NCBI GenBank assembly: GCA_028708605.1
Contig: JAQVYS010000004.1
Span: forward strand, 1-63,405
From: Bacillota bacterium
GTDB lineage: Bacteria > Bacillota > DTU065
Length of the DNA stretch: 63,405 bases
Direction of reading: 5' to 3'
The notes beneath the pieces are model-generated. The model saw only the letters and a list, made by a program, of their open reading frames with translations. It was not told the DNA's origin and ran no database searches. This document shows, one piece after another, positions 56,353-63,405 of this stretch. Both the position numbers and the translations under genes were made by a program. How positions within the stretch are numbered: position 1 is the stretch's first letter; each line of letters starts with the position of its first letter.

Positions 56353-56403
56353 AAAAAAAACCCTCTTTGTAGACTCATTTTGTTGCCTACAAAGAGGGTT
56401 TGT
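56353..56403. terminator. bidirectional terminator
   Basis: AAAAAAAA-CCCTCTTTGTAG-(14 nt)-CTACAAAGAGGG-TTTGT. Confidence 0.8.
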
Positions 56404-56417
56404 CGTTAAATATAGTG

Positions 56418-57350
56418 TTATTCTGGCGTCTTTAGCTTCCTACTTTGGAATCGTTCTTCCCAGCGCTTAAGATTAAAGTCTATCTCCATTTCCTTGCGTT
56501 CTTTCATTGGAGAAGGCTTAAAACCTTTTCCGAGGACTTCGCTTGCTTCCCAAACCATCACAAAGGCGCTTGGATCTTCTAAATAAATGATATCTTTAAG
56601 CTTTGCAAGCTGAGTAATCGAGATACTAGTCATTAGTACCTCCTTATCAATATGGGAATATGCTCCCCTTCCCTTTAACACTGTAACTCCTCTACCAATT
56701 TGATGCATAATTGCATCTGCCACTTCTTTAGAACGGTCAGAAATAATGAAAACATTTTGAGCTCTGTCAAAGCCAAGTTGAACTTTGTCTAAAACCACTC
56801 CCGATATATACATAGAGATTAGGGTATAACCGACATATCTAACATCAAAAAACGCAAGCGAAACAGCCATAATAACAGAGTTTATTAAGAAATTCATTGA
56901 ACCAATATTTACTGAGTACTTGCGCCTTAAAATCATTGAGATAATGTCAGTTCCTCCAGAAGAGCCCCTGCCTCTAAAAATCAGTCCATATCCTATACCT
57001 TGTAATAAACCAGCAAATATTGCTGCAAGTAAGAGATCATCTATTACAATAACGGGAATAAATGATTTTGTTAGAGCCAAAAAAAAAGTTAAAGAACCAA
57101 GCCCAAGTAAACTACGCATTAAATAGCCATAATGCAGTTGATAGAATCCAATTATAAATATAGGTATATTAATTAAAAGCATCATCACCGGAATTGGTAG
57201 ACCAAAAAGATAATGTAAAATGATTGATATACCAGATACTCCACCTGCAAGAAGATGATTTGGTACTACAAACATGTTAATACCAATTGCCGCAAAAACA
57301 CATCCCACTACAATCTGTAAGAGTTTATACCTATAAAGGCGGACAGCCAC
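56418..57350 (-). CDS. YitT-family membrane protein (DUF2179 C-terminal domain)
   Basis: 310 aa: GGVSGISIIL, GSSGGTDI, C-terminal soluble domain. Confidence 0.7.
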   Translation of the reverse strand: MAVRLYRYKLLQIVVGCVFAAIGINMFVVPNHLLAGGVSGISIILHYLFGLPIPVMMLLINIPIFIIGFYQLHYGYLMRSLLGLGSLTFFLALTKSFIPVIVIDDLLLAAIFAGLLQGIGYGLIFRGRGSSGGTDIISMILRRKYSVNIGSMNFLINSVIMAVSLAFFDVRYVGYTLISMYISGVVLDKVQLGFDRAQNVFIISDRSKEVADAIMHQIGRGVTVLKGRGAYSHIDKEVLMTSISITQLAKLKDIIYLEDPSAFVMVWEASEVLGKGFKPSPMKERKEMEIDFNLKRWEERFQSRKLKTPE

Positions 57351-57559
57351 AAAAACTACCCCCTTTTGCCTAAGAACAAATTATCCTCATCTTTAGTGTA
57401 TACTTCTTTGTGATCAACATAAACTCCTTTGGTCCCTTCTCGGTTTAACTGAAACACCAAAATAAGTATTTCATCTGCTGGACAAAAAAGCCTTTTCTAG
57501 ATTGTTTTGCAAGCAAACCAAGCTATTGTCTGCTCTGAAGCAACTAAATTTTCGCGAAT

Positions 57560-58114
57560 TTACGGATCTACACAGTTAACTCTACTGTTTTTATACTGTT
57601 TAAGATCGCCTCTGAATATGATCTTACCATCTATGTCTAAAAGATCCTGTGGCTTGACAAGATTTCGAGAAATCTTCAAATCAGCGATACCACTTTCATA
57701 AAGAATATGATAAACAAATTCAGAGCAGACAAAGCGGTACTCATAGTTAATGCTTCTACCTAGCCAACTATTGATTATCCCAATATAGTTGTATTTATAG
57801 TTTTCGCTGTGCCTAATAAACTCATTTAATAGCTCTACAGCTTTATCATATTGTTCTTTTGTTACTTCAAGCTCAATAACTATTCCAGGGAGTTTTTTTT
57901 GGAGTCCATAAACTCCTTTATCTAGTTCTTCACTGCGAAATCTTCCTACAAAAGGATTATAGGTGTTTTTTCTCGCAAAACTGTACATTACACTCAGGTC
58001 TCTATTGTAAGAGATCGCAGCATGAGTATACTCATCTCTGCTTACAAAGTGTATCAATCTAGATACTATAGTCTTAGTTCTAGTTAAAACAACGTATAAA
58101 TGATATTTATCCAT
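57560..58114 (-). CDS. YiiX/YebB-like permuted papain-fold (NlpC/P60-type) cysteine hydrolase
   Basis: Start at MDKYHLYVV (RBS GAAGAGG). YTHAAIS (His) precedes FVCSEFV (Cys), which is the permuted order. Confidence 0.55.
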   Translation of the reverse strand: MDKYHLYVVLTRTKTIVSRLIHFVSRDEYTHAAISYNRDLSVMYSFARKNTYNPFVGRFRSEELDKGVYGLQKKLPGIVIELEVTKEQYDKAVELLNEFIRHSENYKYNYIGIINSWLGRSINYEYRFVCSEFVYHILYESGIADLKISRNLVKPQDLLDIDGKIIFRGDLKQYKNSRVNCVDP

Positions 58115-58377
58115 GATTAAGTACCTCTTCAAGATGTGTTTTCATAATTTTATCTAACGCACTGCCTAGCGACAAAACTTTTTCAAATCTATTATATGAC
58201 TTTTTAAGAGGTATAAGCAATGCCAAAAAGAGATCGCAAAAGAGTATGCTCTGCTACATGTTTTTGCCTGTAAACTAACTATAAAATATGATCGAAAAGA
58301 AGAACTTGTCTAAACGTTTGAAGATTAGAACTACAATTTAGGAGGATGCGCCATTTTAGGCACATCCTCCTCTTTCC

Positions 58378-58587
58378 TTATTCAACCTTACTTATCTCAT
58401 ACCCAGCATCTAACACTGCTTCTTTTAAGGTAATTACCTCTATATCCTTATTCAACTCTACAGTTACTGTTTTGTTTTTGAGGTCAACCTTGACCGAGTC
58501 GACTCCTCCTAATTTTTTTAAGGCTTTTTCCACACGCCCTGCACAATGGTTGCAACTTATTCCTTCAATCGTAAGCCTTCTTATCAT
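58378..58587 (-). CDS. copZ: copper chaperone CopZ (HMA domain)
   Basis: 69 aa: IEGISCNHCAGRVEKAL. Confidence 0.85.
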   Translation of the reverse strand: MIRRLTIEGISCNHCAGRVEKALKKLGGVDSVKVDLKNKTVTVELNKDIEVITLKEAVLDAGYEISKVE

Positions 58588-58610
58588 AAAATAGTGAACC
58601 TCGCTTTTCT

Positions 58611-61091
58611 CTATTTATAGACTGGTTTAAAACGTCTTAACCTTAGTGCATTAGTTACGACTGAGACAGAACTAAATGCCATAGCCGCTGCTGCAATCAT
58701 CGGATTTAGTCTAGGTCCCCCAAATAGATACAAAAATCCTGCAGCTATAGGTATACCTAAAGTATTATAAGCAAAAGCCCAAAATAAATTTTCCTTAATA
58801 TTCTTGATAGTCTTTTTACTTAGTTGGATTGCTGTCGCTACATCCATTAAGTCACTGCGCATTAAAACAATATCTGCTGATTCCATAGCAACATCAGTAC
58901 CAGAGCCTATAGCAATGCCAACATCAGCCTGGGCTAATGCGGGAGCATCGTTTATTCCGTCTCCAACCATTGCAACTTTAATTCCCTCTTCTTGGAGTTT
59001 TTTTACCTGGCTTGCTTTGTCTTCAGGTAAAACTTCTGCTAATACTCTGTCGATACCAACTTGTCTTGCGATAGCCTCTGCCGTTTTTTGGTTATCTCCT
59101 GTGATCATATAAACTGTAATACCCATCTTATGGAGAGTGTCAATAGCTTTTTTACTGCTTGGCTTTAGAACATCCGCAACTGCTATGATACCGACGAACT
59201 TATCATTAATAGCTACAAACATTGGAGTTTTACCTTCATTTGCAAGCTGGTCTGCTCTCCCCTGAAGAGTTATCTCTATTTTATTATCGTCCATTAGGCG
59301 TTTGTTGCCAAGCAAAACAGTTTTTTCACTAACAACTACTTCAATACCCCTCCCTGGAATGGCTTCAAACCTATCTAGCGGCACTAATTCAACATCCTCT
59401 TCAAGAGCACTACCTACAATAGCCTCACCTAAAGGATGCTCTGAAGCCTTTTCTGCGGAGGCTCCAAGCTTTAATAGTTCTCTTTGATCCATACCGTCTA
59501 TAGTGACAATATCAGTAATCTTGGGTTTCCCTTCAGTGATTGTACCTGTCTTATCAAAAACCACTGTATTTACTTTATGAGCAGTTTCTAAAGCTTCCCC
59601 ACCTTTAATGAGCACACCATACTCTGCACCTTTGCCCGTTCCAACCATAATTGCGGTTGGAGTTGCAAGCCCTAGGGCGCAAGGGCAGGCTATTACTAAA
59701 ACTGACATAAAAATAGTCATTGAAAAGACAGCGGATTCACCTGAAACGTACCATAAAAGGCCTGCTAAGACAGCTATGCCTATGACAATAGGTACAAAGT
59801 AACCAGAGATAATATCTGCGATTTTTGCGATAGGTGCCTTTGAACCTTGGGCGTCTTCAACAAGTTTTATAATCTGTGCTAGAACAGTATCTTTACCTAC
59901 TTTAGTGGTTTTAAAACGTATTGTGCCGTTTTTATTGATACTCGCGCCAACGACTTTGCTCCCCACATTTTTTTCAACAGGTATGCTCTCTCCTGTGAGC
60001 ATCGATTCATCAACTGAAGTTCTACCGAAAACAACTTCACCATCTACCGGTATTCTCTCTCCTGGCTTAACCAATATAATATCACCGACTTCTACTTCGT
60101 CTATAGGCATTTCAACTTCGTTTTCGCCTTGGATGACAGTGGCTGTTTTTGGCGTTAAGCCCATCAGCTTTTTTATCGCCTCTGAAGTCTTACCCTTACT
60201 TACAGCCTCAAAATATTTGCCAAGCAGAATTAGAGTAATAATGACTCCTATTGTTTCAAAGTAGAGCTCCATTGCGTAGGAGACATCTCCCTTTATAATC
60301 TGAAAAATCGCATAGATTCCGTAGACAAATGCTGCACTCGTACCAATTGCTATAAGAGAATCCATATTTGGATCAAGTCTAAAAAGCCTGTTGTACCCAA
60401 CTGTATAAAATCTATAGCCTGCTATCATCACAGGTAGTGTCAAAAAGACCTGCGCAAAGGCAAAGTTTAATGGGACTCTATCAGGATTGATGAAGCTTGG
60501 TAGAGGTAATCCTACCATATGCCCCATTGATATATAAAAAAGTGGAACAGTAAAGATTGCAGCTATTATAAACTTCTTCCATAGCGTCTCGATCTCTTTT
60601 TGTCGACGATCTTTCTCACTATCAACTGCTGTTCCAATTTCGATATTTAACGCTTTGTAACCAGCTTTATCAATTGCCTCTTTGATCTCAGAAAGCCTCG
60701 TTTTACTTGGATCGTAAATTACTTTGGCATTTTCCGTGGCATAGTTTACCGATGCTTCTTCTACCCCAGCCAGTTTATTCAAAGACCTTTGCACAGCATT
60801 CGCACAGGAAGCGCAAGTCATACCTTCAATTGGCACTACGATTTCTTTGGAGTTTTTGTCTAATGCCTCTTCCACTGTGTAGCCAGCACTCATAACAGCA
60901 CTCTTGAGGTCAGGTAAGTCTACTTTTGATTCATCAAACTCTACAACAAGTTTTTCTAGGGCTAAATTGACATTTGCATTTTTTACACCATCTATCTTTA
61001 CCACACTGCGTTCCACGGCTTTTGCACAAGATGCACATGTCATGCCACTTATAGCTAATGTCTCTTTTTTCATACTGCCTGTCACCACCAA
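58611..61091 (-). CDS. copA: copper-translocating P1B-type ATPase
   Basis: 826 aa: two N-terminal [11 protein letters not shown] domains, [20 protein letters not shown]. Confidence 0.95.
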   Translation of the reverse strand: MVVTGSMKKETLAISGMTCASCAKAVERSVVKIDGVKNANVNLALEKLVVEFDESKVDLPDLKSAVMSAGYTVEEALDKNSKEIVVPIEGMTCASCANAVQRSLNKLAGVEEASVNYATENAKVIYDPSKTRLSEIKEAIDKAGYKALNIEIGTAVDSEKDRRQKEIETLWKKFIIAAIFTVPLFYISMGHMVGLPLPSFINPDRVPLNFAFAQVFLTLPVMIAGYRFYTVGYNRLFRLDPNMDSLIAIGTSAAFVYGIYAIFQIIKGDVSYAMELYFETIGVIITLILLGKYFEAVSKGKTSEAIKKLMGLTPKTATVIQGENEVEMPIDEVEVGDIILVKPGERIPVDGEVVFGRTSVDESMLTGESIPVEKNVGSKVVGASINKNGTIRFKTTKVGKDTVLAQIIKLVEDAQGSKAPIAKIADIISGYFVPIVIGIAVLAGLLWYVSGESAVFSMTIFMSVLVIACPCALGLATPTAIMVGTGKGAEYGVLIKGGEALETAHKVNTVVFDKTGTITEGKPKITDIVTIDGMDQRELLKLGASAEKASEHPLGEAIVGSALEEDVELVPLDRFEAIPGRGIEVVVSEKTVLLGNKRLMDDNKIEITLQGRADQLANEGKTPMFVAINDKFVGIIAVADVLKPSSKKAIDTLHKMGITVYMITGDNQKTAEAIARQVGIDRVLAEVLPEDKASQVKKLQEEGIKVAMVGDGINDAPALAQADVGIAIGSGTDVAMESADIVLMRSDLMDVATAIQLSKKTIKNIKENLFWAFAYNTLGIPIAAGFLYLFGGPRLNPMIAAAAMAFSSVSVVTNALRLRRFKPVYK

Positions 61092-61109
61092 ACACCTAGA
61101 TTATCTAGG

Positions 61110-61376
61110 CTATTTAATATATTTATCAAGAAGCTCGATGATCTCATTAACCTTTTCATCGCCACTACCTTCAAGAAATGCTGCTTTTACACAGTGCTTG
61201 ATATGTTGATCTATTATTTGTAAATTAACCTTTTTTAGCTGAGCTTGAACAGAGAGAATTTGCTTTGAAATGTCGACGCAATATCTGTCATCTTCAACCA
61301 TCTTAATTATTCCTTCTATTTGGCCTCTTGATGTTTTAAGTAGGTTTAGAACCTTAGTTTTATCCGTACTTTCCAT
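61110..61376 (-). CDS. csoR: CsoR-family metal-sensing repressor
   Basis: 88 aa: DDRYCVDISKQILSVQAQL...HIKHC (C-H-C ligand set). Confidence 0.85.
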   Translation of the reverse strand: MESTDKTKVLNLLKTSRGQIEGIIKMVEDDRYCVDISKQILSVQAQLKKVNLQIIDQHIKHCVKAAFLEGSGDEKVNEIIELLDKYIK

Positions 61377-61442
61377 ATCTTATACCTCCAGTAGAGTATC
61401 GAGCTAGTTTTATCTCTCTCATTTGGAAAAAGAACCAGACTC

Positions 61443-61504
61443 GCCCCCCCTCCCCCTATTGGGGGGGGCATATACATTATAACCTACATTCCGCACCCTT
61501 CTAA
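61443..61504 (-). promoter_or_regulatory. cop promoter with a G/C-tract CsoR-type operator
   Basis: Minus strand reads TTAGAA (61504-61499), a 17-nt spacer, TATAAT (61481-76), then gtatatg-CCCCCCCC-AATA-GGGGG-A-GGGGGGG (61469-61443). Confidence 0.6.
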
Positions 61505-61597
61505 AAATAAATTCATTATTTATAGGTAGAGTTTAAAGAACTTTGTTATCTCCCTCTAGAACCACCTTTTATCGATTCTTTTGAGAGGGGTGTCTAT

Positions 61598-62378
61598 GTG
61601 AAAAAGCGTAGCGTTATAGACAGTCCAATACAATCCTACCAAAATCAGCATTTAGTGATGAGCATTATTAATCAACTTGGCTTAGTTGACCTAATTAACA
61701 ACGAGGTAACGTGGGATCAAACCCAATGGAAAAACTCACCAGGTTTGATTGTCGCTGGATTAATAATCAGCATCTTACATCAACGAAACCCTCTCTATAA
61801 GGTAACGGAGTACTTTGAGTAGTTTGATACTGAAGCCATTTTTGGAGAAGGCATTCTTCCTGAAAACTTTATCGATGATAGACTCGGAAGAGTTTTAGAT
61901 CGCATTTCAGACGTTGGAGTCAATAAGTTGTTTTCTGCAATTTCGCTTAGAGTAACACTAGCTGAAAAGATTACAACATCAAGCTTTCATGCAGCTACAA
62001 CCTCTATAAGTGTCTGGGGCGATTATCTTCAGGTTGCAAAGAATGGTTTCAAGTTAGCTCATGGCCATAGCAAAGATGGTCATCCAGAACTCAAGCAATT
62101 TCTTTGCGGTATGATCGTAAATCAAGAAGGGATCCCTCTTTCTTGTGACATCGTAAGTGGAAATATGTCTGATAAAAAGTGGAATGAGGAGACTTTAAGG
62201 GAAATCGACGGGATGATAAAAGGCTATGGCAACATTCCGTACATTGCCGACTCCGCTCTTATTACAAAAAACAATCTGAACCTTATTGCAGACAAGAAAC
62301 TCTCCTTCATTTCAAGATCTCCTTCGACATTTTCTATCACAGAAGATCTAAAAGAACGAGCATGGGACATAAATAGAC
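61598..62378 (+). pseudogene. IS1634-family transposase, N-terminal part (one in-frame TAG; truncated by IS3 insertion)
   Basis: ORFs 61598..61822 and 61928..62416 are in the same frame, separated by TAG 61820-22. DUF4277-like N-terminus. HAATTSISVWGDY...GHSKDGHPELKQF...GIPLSCDIVSGNMSDKK matches the IS1634 DDE N-terminal blocks. The frame is cut at the IS3 end (62379). Confidence 0.7.
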
Positions 62379-62420
62379 TGTACTGGGTTTGCCGGACACG
62401 TATAAAAAATCTATAATGAG

Positions 62421-62744
62421 TTGAAAGAACGTGTCTGGGATCGTGCAGAGAATAAGTACCATAAGAGATTTGATGATGACTATAAGCGAGAAATAGTACG
62501 CTTAGTCGATGAACTGGGTGAATCCCCAAAACAAGTGGCCGAGGATATTGGAGTTACTCCTCAAACGGTTCGTGCTTGGGTCAGGAAGTTTGGAAAAGCC
62601 AGCTCAGATGTATTTCCAGGCAAGGGTAAGCTCCATCCCGCCGACGATGAGCTTCGACAAATGAAAAAAAGAATCAAAGACCTAGAAGAAGAGAACTTAA
62701 TCCTAAAAAAAGCTATGACCATCTTCACCAAGGACGGGAAATAA
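62421..62744 (+). CDS. IS3 OrfA (HTH)
   Basis: KRFDDDYKREIVRLVDELGESPKQVAEDIGVTPQTVRAWVRKF plus a leucine zipper. The start codon is uncertain (the track uses TTG). Confidence 0.65.
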   Translation: MKERVWDRAENKYHKRFDDDYKREIVRLVDELGESPKQVAEDIGVTPQTVRAWVRKFGKASSDVFPGKGKLHPADDELRQMKKRIKDLEEENLILKKAMTIFTKDGK

Positions 62745-63280
62745 GGTACCAGTTCATTTGGGACCACCGCTCCGAGTTTTCTGTCAAGAAGGTGTGCCGT
62801 GTTTTAAAGGTTGGTCGGAGCTCGTATTACGACTGGGTCAACCGCCCCTTATCTAAGCTAGAAATCGAAGATATGGACATCAAAGAGAAGATTTGCCTGA
62901 TCTTCCATGAATCGGGCAGCACGTACGGTCATCGCCGGATCAAGAAACGTCTCCGGAAAAAGTATAAGATAAAGTGCAGTAATGAACGAGTTCGGCGGCT
63001 TATGCGAGAATTGAATTTAGTCGCCATTCAGACTAAGAAGTTCAAAGCCACGACGAATTCGAAGCACTCTCTGCCAGTAGCGCCTAATCTCTTGCAAAAG
63101 GATTTTACAGCCTCAGCACCTTGACAGAAATGGGTTGGCGATATCACCTATGTGCCCACCGAAGAAGGCTGGCTCTACCTGGCGACTGTTATAGACCTGT
63201 TTTCAAGAAAAATTATAGGATGGGCTATCTCAAAGCGCATGACAAAGCGGCTAGTGATAGATGCCATGAAGTGGAGTGCG
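62705..63280 (+). pseudogene. IS3 OrfB (DDE transposase), reached by -1 frameshift; carries an in-frame TGA and is 3'-truncated
   Basis: A7G run at 62705-62712. The -1 frame reads ...RYQFIWDHRSEFSVKKVCRVLKVGRSSYYDW...[50 protein letters not shown] at 63122-24. Similarity is lost after IDAMK. Confidence 0.65.
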
Positions 63281-63405
63281 GTAATTTTCTCTAAGATACT
63301 CTTTAATAAAATCAGCGTGCCTTGTTTTCAAAATGTCCAAAACTGAGTTATTATCTGCATCCATAATAACGAACTGGTACTTATAATGCCTGTCTTCAAT
63401 CATGC
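63281..63405 (-). pseudogene. ISL3-family transposase internal fragment (enters from the window edge)
   Basis: Minus strand reads [40 protein letters not shown], resembling the ISL3 block GxKYQxIxxDxxxxxVLDILPxRxxxxLxxYF. Confidence 0.5.

Larger units (their letters stand above)
62379..63280 (+). mobile_element. IS3-family (IS150-like) element, left end intact, right part lost
   Basis: Left terminus TGTACTGGGTTTGCCGGACACG. orfA, an A7G slippery run and orfB in the -1 frame. The right boundary (~63280) is approximate. Confidence 0.7.

Noticed and set aside
58337-58372. Hairpin AGGAGGATGCGCC-atttt-AGGCACATCCTCCT downstream of copZ.
   Set aside because: It is a good stem but lacks a T-run in the copZ direction. 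Its terminator function is uncertain, so it is not listed as a feature.
62351-62444. Similar 20-mers aaagaacgagcatgggacat and aaagaacgtgtctgggatcg (peptides LKERAWD / LKERVWD) on either side of the IS3 left end, a possible target duplication.
   Set aside because: They match at only about 14/20 positions, are far longer than an IS3 3-4-bp TSD, and the second copy lies inside the IS (downstream of the TGTACTG terminus). This is probably coincidence.
1-63405. CRISPR arrays, rRNA genes and canonical tRNA genes.
   Set aside because: I saw no regularly spaced direct repeats and no rRNA-like conserved blocks. The only T-arm-like GGTTCGA-type sequence belongs to tmRNA. tRNAscan/Infernal would be needed to exclude tRNAs formally.

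Overview
63.4-kb low-G+C bacterial chromosome segment that looks like a Firmicutes/Clostridia-type anaerobe (ferredoxin-linked oxidoreductases, rubredoxin, several radical-SAM genes). The backbone is housekeeping and central metabolism: ackA, aconitase, an NAD-IDH-like dehydrogenase, KorAB, LDH, an ADP-dependent sugar kinase, tmRNA+smpB, trmL, an RluA-type synthase and csoR-copA-copZ. Six monocistronic 'orphan' family-1 ABC solute-binding proteins are present, three of them in a tandem paralogue array, with no permease or ATPase gene anywhere in the window. Two riboswitch-controlled units are visible: a yybP-ykoY (Mn2+) leader in front of a P-type ATPase, and a guanine aptamer plus an unassigned second structured domain in front of an SPL-type radical SAM gene. 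There are three mobile-DNA zones. (i) A 550-bp IS remnant bounded by 30-bp inverted repeats sits inside the SBP array. (ii) Most notable: a ~6.57-kb Tn4451-like integrative mobilizable element (large serine recombinase, MobA/MobL relaxase, TnpW-like ORF, serine-hydrolase cargo) is inserted into the maturase ORF of a degenerate group II intron. That intron itself sits directly after an intrinsic terminator. On circularisation the two element ends would assemble a TTGACA-17-TAAATT promoter for the recombinase. (iii) A nested IS1634 / IS3 / ISL3 wreck lies beside the cop operon. I recognised no rRNA, canonical tRNA or CRISPR array. All family calls rest on motifs read by eye from the translations, not on database searches.
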